In this document: piece after piece, positions 47,780-57,000 of the stretch
How positions within the stretch are numbered: position 1 is the stretch's first letter
Layout of the letters: each line of letters opens with the position of its first letter
The notes under the pieces: generated by a model
Seen by the model: the letters and a program-made list of their open reading frames with translations, nothing else
Database searches by the model: none
Told to the model about the DNA's origin: nothing
Source: an uncultured Acidimicrobiia bacterium
GTDB taxonomy: Bacteria; Actinomycetota; Acidimicrobiia; Acidimicrobiales; AC-14
Assembly (NCBI GenBank): GCA_963836205.1
Contig: CAWIIV010000011.1
Coordinates: forward strand, 32,001 to 96,000
DNA length: 64,000 nucleotides
Direction of reading: 5' to 3'
Made by a program: the position numbers and the translations under genes

Positions 47780-49458
47780 CAGGGCTGGGCCTCCGGTGGG
47801 GCCAGGTCGAGGAGGGGCGTCTCGGAGCGCACCTCGGGGAGGACGCGGAAGTTGTCGGCGGGCGGGGGCGACGTGGTGGTCCACTCCAGGGTGTGGCCGC
47901 CCCACGGATCGGATCCGGCGGCCTGACCCCGGCCGGCGAGCACACTGACCAGCAGGTTCAGGATCAGGAGCAGCACCCCGAACACGATGATCACCCCGCC
48001 GATGGAGGCGATGAGGTTGGCCGGCGCCCAGTTGCCGTCGGTGACGTAGCTGGCGGTGTGGGCGCCCATGTCCTGGATGCCGAGCACGAACATGGCCAGG
48101 AACGTGAGGTGCATGCCCCCCACCAGGGCCAGCCACTGGATGCGGCCGAGGCCCTCCGACAGGTGGCGGCCCCAGAGCTTGGGCGCCCAGTAGTAGATGG
48201 CGGCCACCGCGCCCGAGAGGGCAGCCCCGAAGAAGAGCGTGTGCTGGGTGGCGACGCCCCAGTAGTTGCGGTGGGAGCGGCCGCCGGCGTCGAGGCCGGC
48301 GATCAGCTCGCCGGCCAGGCCGATGGCGAGCAGGCTGATCATGCCCACCACGTGGAGCATCGGCACCGACCGCAGCCGCTGCTTGAGCGTCTTGTCCTTG
48401 CGGGCGGCGGTGACGATGGTGGCCAGCCAGTTCAGGATCAGGGAGGCCACCGGCAGCAGGACGAGGAGGACGCCGAGGGCGAACAGGGGCCGGGCCCGCC
48501 GCAGGTTGCCCACCTCGCTGCCCCAGCCGGCGAACGACAGGACCCCGATGGCGGCGATGGCGGCGATGGCCCGGGGGTGGCTGAAGAGCCGGCGGCGGGC
48601 GAACACGGGGATGATGTCGGACGCCGCCCCCAGGGCCGGCAGCAGGAGGGCCCACAGCAGGGGGAAGGCGCCGAACCAGAACAGCCGGGGCCACAGGAGA
48701 GGGTTGCCGCCCCGGGTGCCGGTGAACCCGTTGAAGACGTGGCCGCCGTAGTGGCGGTCGACGAAGAGCAGGAGGAGCACGCCCACCAGTACCGGGAGGG
48801 CCAGGAGCATCACCGCCGAGGACACGGTGGCGGACCAGCTGAACAGGGGGATGCGGGCCATGGTGAGGCCGGGCGCCCGCAGTTGGAGGACGGTGGCGAG
48901 CACGTTGATCGCCACCGTGATGGCCGCCACCGCCACCACGATCAGGCCCAGGATGAGCAGGTCGATGCCCTCGCCGGCGAAGGCGGCGCCCTCGGGGAGG
49001 GGCGAGCTGAGGGTCCATCCCCCCACCACGTCGGACACCAACGGGGCCGCCGCCACCATCGCCGCCCCGCCCAGGAACAGCCAGAGGGACAGGGCGTGGA
49101 CCCGGGGAAAGGCCATCCGGGTGGCGCCGATCTGGAGGGGCACCATGGCCGTGACCAGGCCCAGCCAGAGGGGGAGGAGGAAGAGGAACACCATCATCAC
49201 GCCGTGCATGGTGAAGAGCTGGCGGTAGGTGTTGCCGCCGACGACATCGAGGTCGGGGGCGGCCAGCTGCGACCGCATGATCATGGCCAGCACCCCGCCG
49301 GCCACGAGGAAGGCGAGGGAGGCGGCGATGAAGAGCGTGCCGATGACCTTGTGGTCGGTTCCGGCGGTGGAACCCTGGTCAACCTCGACCTCGACCGTCT
49401 CGGGCTCGGACGCGGCTCCGGGGGCGTCCGTCTCGGGACTGGCGTCGGTGATCGTCAT
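47779..49458 (-). CDS. Heme-copper oxidase subunit I paralog lacking the CuB/heme a3 ligands
   Basis: DHKVIG, FTMHG, AFPR, GGNPLLW, WAPKLWG, DPWGGHTLEW.TTSPPP are retained. HPEVY, HH, the first H of HFH and PRR are lost. Confidence 0.9.
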   Translation of the reverse strand: MTITDASPETDAPGAASEPETVEVEVDQGSTAGTDHKVIGTLFIAASLAFLVAGGVLAMIMRSQLAAPDLDVVGGNTYRQLFTMHGVMMVFLFLLPLWLGLVTAMVPLQIGATRMAFPRVHALSLWLFLGGAAMVAAAPLVSDVVGGWTLSSPLPEGAAFAGEGIDLLILGLIVVAVAAITVAINVLATVLQLRAPGLTMARIPLFSWSATVSSAVMLLALPVLVGVLLLLFVDRHYGGHVFNGFTGTRGGNPLLWPRLFWFGAFPLLWALLLPALGAASDIIPVFARRRLFSHPRAIAAIAAIGVLSFAGWGSEVGNLRRARPLFALGVLLVLLPVASLILNWLATIVTAARKDKTLKQRLRSVPMLHVVGMISLLAIGLAGELIAGLDAGGRSHRNYWGVATQHTLFFGAALSGAVAAIYYWAPKLWGRHLSEGLGRIQWLALVGGMHLTFLAMFVLGIQDMGAHTASYVTDGNWAPANLIASIGGVIIVFGVLLLILNLLVSVLAGRGQAAGSDPWGGHTLEWTTTSPPPADNFRVLPEVRSETPLLDLAPPEAQP

Positions 49459-49695
49459 TGCGTCGCGGACTGTAGTGGGCGGCCTCCTGGGTATTCGAAC
49501 TGAGAACCCCCGGTCGGCGACGGTCGCTCGCCACGGCGGACGGAAAAATTACTGTCTGCAGGGGTGCGGACGATGGTGCGAGCTCGAGCGTGCGCCGCCT
49601 TTCTGCGCCGGACGGTCGCCGGCCGACAAGACCGTTCGGTGACCCCGCCCTGCGAACGGGTGACGGTGAACGTCCTCTCCCGGCGGCGGAGGCGA

Positions 49696-50055
49696 GCCGT
49701 CTGCGAACCGGGGACGGATCCGGTGGCCAGGACCACCGAAAGTGTCACCGGTTGGAGGTGGGGCGGCGCCGTCTGCGAACCGGGGACGGATCCGGTGGCC
49801 AGGACCACCGAAAGTGTCACCGGTTCGAGGTGGGGCGGCGCCGTCTGCGAACCGGGGACGGATCCGGTGGCCAGGACCACCGAAAGTGTCACCGGTTGGA
49901 GGTGGGGGCGCGCCGTCTGCGAACTGGTGACGGATCTGGTGGCCAGGACCACCAGAAACGTCACCGGTTGGAGGTGGGGGCGCGCCGTCTGCGAACTGGT
50001 GACGGATCTGGTGGCCAGGACCACCAGAAACGTCACCGGTTGGAGGTGCAGGCGG
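49696..50055. repeat. Tandem array of five 72-bp units, each carrying a family A palindrome
   Basis: Units at 49696, 49768, 49840, 49912, 49984: gccgtctgcgaacyggkgacggatcyggtggccaggaccacc...gtcaccggtt.gaggtg. Confidence 0.95.
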
Positions 50056-50954
50056 TGAGTGTGCCTTCGGCGCCTGAGTGGCCGGGGGTTCTGGCCGCGT
50101 GGACGTTCGAGCCGGTGACGGTCGCGGGCCTGGCCTCGGCGGCGGTGGCCTACGGGCAGGCGTGCCGGGTGGCCCGGTCGCTCACTCCCCGCCACCCGGT
50201 CGACGCATGGCGGCGGGCGGCGTTCTTCGGCGGGCTGGCGGTGGTGGGGGTCGCCCTCCTCTCGCCGGTCGACACCTACGCCGACGCCCTCCTGTCGGTC
50301 CACATGGCCCAGCACGTGCTGCTGACCCTCGTGGCCGCGCCCCTGCTCCTCCTGGGCCGGCCGGGGGAGCTGGCCCTGCGGGTGGTGTCGCCCGCCCGCC
50401 GGCGGCGGTGGCTGCGGGCCGGCCACTCCCCGGCCGTCCGGCTGGCGTCGGCACCCCTCGTGGCCTGGACCGTCTTCGCCGCCGCGGGCTGGGTTGTCCA
50501 CTTCTCGCCCCTGTTCGACGCCGCCCTCCGGTCCCAGCAGGTGCACGTCGCCGAGCACGCCCTGTTCCTGGGCACCGCCCTGTTGTTCTGGTGGCCGGTC
50601 GTGGGCGGCCATCCCGGCCGGCGTCCACTGGCCCACCCTGTCCGCCTCCTCTACCTGGGGGTGGCGATGCCCCAGAACACGTTCTTGGCCCTGGCCATCC
50701 TCGGGGCCAACGGGGTCCTCTACTCCCACTACGCCGATCTGGCCCGCTCGTGGGGACCGTCGCCCTTGGCCGACCAGCGCCAGGGGGCGGGGCTCATGTG
50801 GGTGGCCGGCGACCTGATCCTGCTGGTGTCGGTGCTGTTGGTGGCCGCCGCGTGGGCCCGCCACGAGCAGCGGGCGACGGAGCGGGCCGAGCGGGCGGAG
50901 GACGCGGCCGCGGCCGAGGCCGAGGCCGGCGCGGGCGCCCCCGGTTCTCCTTAG
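50055..50954 (+). CDS. ctaG: Second CtaG-family oxidase assembly protein
   Basis: SVHMAQH, APLLLLG, EHALF, DQRQGAGLMW. Confidence 0.88.
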   Translation: MSVPSAPEWPGVLAAWTFEPVTVAGLASAAVAYGQACRVARSLTPRHPVDAWRRAAFFGGLAVVGVALLSPVDTYADALLSVHMAQHVLLTLVAAPLLLLGRPGELALRVVSPARRRRWLRAGHSPAVRLASAPLVAWTVFAAAGWVVHFSPLFDAALRSQQVHVAEHALFLGTALLFWWPVVGGHPGRRPLAHPVRLLYLGVAMPQNTFLALAILGANGVLYSHYADLARSWGPSPLADQRQGAGLMWVAGDLILLVSVLLVAAAWARHEQRATERAERAEDAAAAEAEAGAGAPGSP

Positions 50955-51835
50955 TGGGGCAGGAGCTGGTCGACGGCCATGGCGCCGAACAGGAGGGTGA
51001 TGTAGGTGATCGACCACCCGAACAGCCGCATGGCCTTCTCGTAGGTGCCGCTGCGGGCCAGGGCCACCGCATGCCAGGTGAAGATGGCGCCCAGGACGAT
51101 CGCCGCCCCCCCGTAGAGCAGGCCCATCTCGCCCACCGGCCAGAAGGCGAGGCTGATCGCCCACAGGATGAGGGTGTAGGCCACGATCCGGCGGGACGTG
51201 AACTCGAAGCTGGCCACCGACGGGAGCATGGGGACTCCGGCGGCCGAGTAGTCGTCGCGGTAGCGGACGGCGAGGGCCCAGAAGTGGGGCGGGGTCCAGG
51301 CGAAGATGATGCCGAAGAGCACGACCGGGGCCCAGCTCAGCGTCCCGGTGACTGCGGCCCAGCCGACCAGCACCGGCACCGCCCCCGCGGCCCCGCCGAT
51401 CACGATGTTCTGGGTCGACGTCCGCTTGAGCCACAGGCTGTAGACGAAGACGTAGAAGAGGGTGGCCGACACCGCCAGCAGGGCGCTCAGGGGGTTCACC
51501 GTCAGCCACAGGACCGCCGCCGCCAGCAGCTCGAGGGCGATGGCGAACACCAGGGCGTTGCGGGGCGTGATCTCGCCGGTGACCAGGGGGCGCTTCTGGG
51601 TGCGCTGCATGATCGTGTCGATGTCGCGGTCGATGACCATGTTGGTGGCGTTGGCGCCGGCCGCGGCCAGGGTGCCGCCGACCAGGGTGGCGAAGATGAG
51701 CCACACCTCCGGCATCCCCCGCTGGGCCACCACCATCGTCGGCACCGTGGTCACCAGGAGCAGCTCGATGATGCGCGGCTTGGTGAGCGCCAGGTAGGCC
51801 GCGAAACGGGAACGGGTGGTGAGAACGGCGGTCAT
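50951..51835 (-). CDS. ctaB: Protoheme IX farnesyltransferase (heme o synthase)
   Basis: LTKPRI, DRDID..M.RT..RP, LKR...QNIVIGG, WTPPHFWALA, DY..AGVPMLP. Confidence 0.96.
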   Translation of the reverse strand: MTAVLTTRSRFAAYLALTKPRIIELLLVTTVPTMVVAQRGMPEVWLIFATLVGGTLAAAGANATNMVIDRDIDTIMQRTQKRPLVTGEITPRNALVFAIALELLAAAVLWLTVNPLSALLAVSATLFYVFVYSLWLKRTSTQNIVIGGAAGAVPVLVGWAAVTGTLSWAPVVLFGIIFAWTPPHFWALAVRYRDDYSAAGVPMLPSVASFEFTSRRIVAYTLILWAISLAFWPVGEMGLLYGGAAIVLGAIFTWHAVALARSGTYEKAMRLFGWSITYITLLFGAMAVDQLLPH

Positions 51836-51896
51836 CCGGGCCTGAGACTACGGCCGGCCCGGCCGCAACCTCAAAGTAGCCCCCGGCCGTCGACCG

Positions 51897-52874
51897 TCAC
51901 GGGGCAACGGTGGGCGCGGCCGGCGCGGCCGGCGCGGCCGCCGTGCCCCGCCAGTCGGGTACGTAGTCCTGGCCCTGCTCGCCGCTGGTGAGGGCGGTCA
52001 CGCCCCCGTTGGCCACGTCGAGGACGAAGATCCGGGTGCCCCCGCCCCGGCCGCTCTGGAAGGCGATGAAGCGCCCGTCGGGCGCCCACGACGGGGCGAA
52101 GTCGCCGCTTCCGGCCTTGGTCTGGCGCTTCTCGCCGCTGCCGTCGACGTTGGCGGTGTAGATGTCGAAGTTGTTGCCCTGGGAACGCTGGAAGGCGAGC
52201 TGGGTGCCGTCGGCGGAGAAGACGGGCAGCTGGTCCTCGCCCTCGTCGTTGGTGACCCGGGTGACACCGGTGCCGTCGGGGTTGGTGAGGAAGATCTCGG
52301 AGTTGCCCTCCCGCACGCCGTGGAAGGCGATCCGGGAGCCGTCGGGCGACCACGAGGGGGCGAAGTCCGACGTCGCCTCGGTGGTGACCCGGGACGGGTT
52401 GGAGCCGTCGGCCCCCATCACGTAGATCTCGAAGTTGCCGTCGCGGTAGCTGGTGAAGGCGATGCGGGACCCGTCGGGCGACCAGGCCGGGAACTGGTCG
52501 ATGGCGCCGTGCTCGGTGATCCGCTTCTGGTCGGTTCCGTCGGCGGCCATCGTGTAGATCTCGAAGTTGCCGTCGCGGTCGGACTCGAAGGCGATCCTCG
52601 ACCCGTCGGGCGACCACGACGGGGTGGAGTCGTCGGTGGGACTGTCGGTCAGCCGGGTCTGGTTCCGCCCGGAGGCGTCCATGGAGTAGATCTCGAGGTT
52701 GCCGTCGCGGGTGCTGGCGAAGACGATCTGGCCCTGGAGCTGGGCGACGTCGGGGCCGGGCGACGTCGTGGTCTTGAACAGGATCACCGCCACCGCCGCC
52801 ACCAGGAGGAGGGCGACCGCCCCCGCCAGGTTGACGACCTGCGTGCGCTGGCTCCGGTCCAGGTCGGAAAGCAC
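51897..52874 (-). CDS. TolB-like beta-propeller (PD40 repeats), membrane anchored
   Basis: Repeated P.WSPDGSRIAF.S.RDGNFEIY.M. Confidence 0.9.
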   Translation of the reverse strand: MLSDLDRSQRTQVVNLAGAVALLLVAAVAVILFKTTTSPGPDVAQLQGQIVFASTRDGNLEIYSMDASGRNQTRLTDSPTDDSTPSWSPDGSRIAFESDRDGNFEIYTMAADGTDQKRITEHGAIDQFPAWSPDGSRIAFTSYRDGNFEIYVMGADGSNPSRVTTEATSDFAPSWSPDGSRIAFHGVREGNSEIFLTNPDGTGVTRVTNDEGEDQLPVFSADGTQLAFQRSQGNNFDIYTANVDGSGEKRQTKAGSGDFAPSWAPDGRFIAFQSGRGGGTRIFVLDVANGGVTALTSGEQGQDYVPDWRGTAAAPAAPAAPTVAP

Positions 52875-52878
52875 GGGT

Positions 52879-53937
52879 TCAGTGTGACCGATCGAGGGTC
52901 GGCTGTGGGGAGGGAGCTGTCTTTCCGCGCAGCCATTCACCGACGCCGGCCGCGAACAGGGCCGGTGAGCCCCCGGTGTGGAGGAAAACGGTTCTGGTGC
53001 GGGGGTCGATCCGCCCGTCGGCCCGAGCCGCGATCAGCCCGGCCATGGCCTTGCCGGTGTAGACGGGGTCGAGGAGGAGCCCCTCGGTGCGGGCGGCGAG
53101 GACGATGGCGTCGCGGCAGGCGTCGGTGAGGTCGGCGTAGCGCCGGCCGACCTGGTCGTGGTCGACGACGACGGTGCCAGTCGGCTCCGGCCGCCCGGCC
53201 AGGGCCGCCGCCTGGGCGGCCTTGCCCGGGAGGACGTCCTCGACGTCGGGCCGGGCGCCCACGTCGACGCCCAGGATGCGGTCGTGGTCGCCGATGCCGA
53301 CGGCCAGGCCGGCATGGGTGCCACCCGAGCCGTCGGCCACGACGATGAGGTCGGGCTCGGCCCCCGTGGCCTCGACCGCCTGCCGGAGGATCTCGGTACC
53401 CGCCCCCACGTAGCCGAGGGCGCCCACCGGGCTGGCCCCGCCCACCGGGATGCCGTAGGGGCGACGGCCGTCGGCGACCAGGCGCTCGGTGGTGGCCACG
53501 ATGGCGGCTTCGACGGCGTAGTAGTCGAGACCCCCACCGTTTTCGCCGCCGCCGTCGCCGATGCGGACGACCTCGGGCCCGAAGAGCTCGTCGAGGACGA
53601 CGTTGCCGGTGGCCACTGCGGGCGCGTCGCCAGGGACGACCACGACGCACGCCAGTCCCAGGCGATTGGCGGCGGCGGCCGTCATCCGGACGTGGTTGCT
53701 CTGCTGGCCGCCGCCGGTGACCAGGACGTCGCAGCCCCGGGCGATGGCGTCGGCGCAGAGGAACTCGAGCTTGCGGGCCTTGTTGCCTCCGCCGCCGAGG
53801 CCGGTGACGTCGTCCCGCTTCACCCACAGCGTGCCCGGCGCCATGCCCAGGGCGGCACCGAGGCGGGGGAGGGGTTCGAAGGGGGTGGGCAGGGTCACCA
53901 ACGGGATCCGCCGCTCGAGCGCAGGGCCGGTGAACAT
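52879..53937 (-). CDS. dcyD: D-cysteine desulfhydrase / ACC deaminase family PLP enzyme
   Basis: KRDD..G.GGGGNKARKLE, QSNH, GSGGT, LDPVYTGKA, HTGG. Confidence 0.9.
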   Translation of the reverse strand: MFTGPALERRIPLVTLPTPFEPLPRLGAALGMAPGTLWVKRDDVTGLGGGGNKARKLEFLCADAIARGCDVLVTGGGQQSNHVRMTAAAANRLGLACVVVVPGDAPAVATGNVVLDELFGPEVVRIGDGGGENGGGLDYYAVEAAIVATTERLVADGRRPYGIPVGGASPVGALGYVGAGTEILRQAVEATGAEPDLIVVADGSGGTHAGLAVGIGDHDRILGVDVGARPDVEDVLPGKAAQAAALAGRPEPTGTVVVDHDQVGRRYADLTDACRDAIVLAARTEGLLLDPVYTGKAMAGLIAARADGRIDPRTRTVFLHTGGSPALFAAGVGEWLRGKTAPSPQPTLDRSH

Positions 53938-54046
53938 CCGCTCCGACGGTATCGGCCGCTGCGGGGAGGGTCGTGAATGCGCAGGTGAACGAGGTGTGAA
54001 CGGGGCGAGGGCCGACCTTGACCATGACGGGAATATGATCGTGGCC

Positions 54047-57000
54047 GTGAGCGACACAGAGCCCCAGGGGGGCCCTGGGCGCCCGCGTGACGCCGGTGGT
54101 CAGGTGCTGGTGTGGATGCGGGACGAATTCGAGGCCCTGCGCCGACAGGTCCACGCGCTCGCATCCAGCGTGGCCCAGCAACGCGCCATGCTCACCGAGC
54201 TGGGCGGGAACCGGGTCGCGGAGCTGTCCACGTCGCTGGCCGAGCTGGAGGGCTGCGCCGCCGCCCTGCGCAACGAGGCCGCCCGCCTCCAGTCCATCGA
54301 GCGCTCCCTCGGAGACCGGCTGGCGGCGGTGGTGGGCGAGGCCGTGTCACAGCAGGTGGGCGAGATGTCACTCAAGGGTATGGAGACGCTCCTGCAGGAC
54401 CGGCTCACCGACGTGGTCGCCGACGCCGTCCGTCCCCAACTGCGGGCCGCCATCGCCGCCCGCCTGCCGGAGCTGGTCAACGAGGTGGTCCAACCCCAGG
54501 TGAAGGCGGCGCTGGCCGAGCTCCACGGGTGCACGACCGAGCTGCGAACGGAGTACGCCAACCTCCGAGCCTTGCGCGACGACCTCCTGGTCCGCTTTCC
54601 CCGGCTGGTGGAGACCTCGGTCGAGCGGGTGCTGGCCCGCCAGGCCGCCTCCATCACCGCCAACGCGGCCAACGCGGGACGGGCCGCGGCGGCCGCGTTG
54701 ATCGCCGCCCCTCCCACCGCCGCGCCACCCGCCCCGGCCGCGGCCGCGGGCTCGCAGTCCGCCGCCGCCGGGCCCGGCTCGCAGTCCGCCGCCGCCGAGC
54801 CCGGCCAGCAGTCCGCCGCCGTCGAGCCCGGCCCGCAGGCCGCGGCCGGCGCCCCGCCCGTCCCCGCAGCCGCGCCGGTGCCGACCGGCTCGGCGGCCTC
54901 GACGGGCCTGCCCACCCCCGCCGGGGCGACCCCGCCCGTGGCTTCGCCGCCCTTGCACGGGGCACCGCCGGCTACCGATGTTCCGCCCGCCCCGCCCGCG
55001 CCGCCCTCCGCCGCTCCGACCGGGCCCGGTGTCGGCCCGCACGCCTCGGCGTCGCCGTCCACCGGCACGGTCCCCGGCCCTCCGCCGCCCACGGGCGTGA
55101 GCCCGGCGGCCCCGGGTCCGGCCGCCTCCTCCGGCACACGCACCGCGCCACCTGCCGCGGGCGGAGCGAACGCTCCGGGCACCCCCGACCCCCCTTCCAC
55201 GGTTCGCCCATCGGCCACGTCGCCCGCCGATCCCTTCGGGGCCGGACGCCCGGCCACCACTCCCCCGGTTGACCGCGGCGCTTCGGGCCTGCCCACGACT
55301 TCGCCCGCCGGGCCGCCGCCGGCGTCGACACCGACCCCGGCCTCGACCGCACCGGCGGAGCCGGCCGCCCCGTCGGCGGTCGTCGTCGATACCGCGCCAC
55401 CCCGGCCCCCCGAGGCCCCGTCCCAGCCGGCGACCGCCCCGGCGACTGCGTCGAGCCCGTCGGCGGCGCCCGTCACCGGCCCGCCGGCCGCCCCCGCCGA
55501 GGCGGCCCGCACCGAGGTCATCTCCACCCCCTCCGTGCCCGTCCCGACCACCACCGACCCGACCGCCAACGGGCCCGCTCCCGGCACTGTCCGGTACGCG
55601 GAAGAGGCGGCCGCCGCGGCCGCGGCCGCCGCCGCCGACGCGGCCGACGGGATCGCCTGCGTCCTGCCGGGCATGGTCGTCGGACCGTCCCTCGCCGTCG
55701 GGGTGGCCGAGGCGCTCGGCCGGGCCCGCCTGCGCCGCCGGCGCCGCCGCCGGGCGGCTCCCCCCGCGGCCGGCCTCTACCGCCGCGACCCGTTCGCCGG
55801 ACACGTCACCCGTCGCCTCGAGCGATTCGCCCGGGGCCGGGCCACCCCGCCCACAACCGGCCGGGCCATGGGTGCCGGGGGATGGGCCAACGTCGTCGTC
55901 GGCGAGCGGGAGGCGGCCGAGGTGGGCGTCGACCTGTCGGCCGGTGGACTCGTCCTGGCCGGCCCCAGCGCGGCCGACGTCGTCCGGGCCGCCGTCACCG
56001 GGCTCCTGGCCGACCAGGGCCCGTCCACCATGGCGGCCGTCGTGGCCGGCGACCTCCTCCCGGCGGTTCCCCCGTTCCCCGGTCTGGCCCAGACGGTGGT
56101 GCTCGGACCGGCCATCGACGAGCTCACCAGCGAGGTCGGCCGGCGGGTCCAGCTCCTGGCCGACGACCACGTTCCTGACGCCGGCGCCTACCGGGCCAAG
56201 CATCCCGACGCCAACTTCCCGATGATCGTCCTCGCCGCGGCCGACGTCGGTCCCGACGATCTCGAGCGGGTGCGGGCCCTGTTCGCCGAGGGGGCCCGGG
56301 CCGGCGTGTCCGGAATCGTCGTCCCCGCCGCCGACCCGAACGGCGCCGACATCCTTCTGGCACCGGGCGGGATGGTGGCCGAGGCCCGGTCCGACGCCCT
56401 CGGCGACCGCCTCAACGGCGCCCGCCTGTTCCGCATGGAGCCCCAGGTGGCGGCCGAGCTGCTGGCCGTGCTGGCCTCGGCCCGCACCGACGGCGAGCAC
56501 ATGCGCCCCGTCCCCGACGACGACGAGTCGTTCATGCCGGCCACGTCGGCCGCCACCGCGCCGGTGGCGGTGCAGCTGCTCGGCGTCTACCGGATCGAGG
56601 TCGACGGCACCGAGATCAAGAGCGGGCTGCGGGCCAAGGCCAAGGAGCTGCTGGCCTTCTACCTGCTCCACCCGGAGGGGGCCACCCTCGACGACGCGGT
56701 CGAGGCCCTGTGGCCGGAGGCCGATCCCCGCCGGGGCTCGGAGTGGTTCTGGACCGCCCTCGGCAACCTCCGCACCAAGCTGCGCCAGGCGACGGGCCAG
56801 AAGGAGCTCAAGGTCATCGACCGCGACGGCGACCTCTACCGCATCGAGGACGTGTTCGACGTCGACCTGTGGAGCCTCCAGCACGCCCTGCGGGAAGGGG
56901 CCCAGAGCCGCGACGACGCCGTCCGCCAGTCGGCGCTCGACCGGGCGGTGGCCGACTACGACGGTGAGCTGCTGGTGGGCCTCGACTGGTTCTGGCTGGA

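Noticed and set aside
47779-49458. Nitric oxide reductase, cbb3-type subunit, or pseudogene
   Set aside because: NOR and cbb3 keep all six His, whereas this keeps two. The ORF is intact and translationally coupled.
49696-50055. CRISPR array (72-bp period)
   Set aside because: The inter-palindrome segments are near-identical, so this is tandem duplication rather than repeat-spacer.
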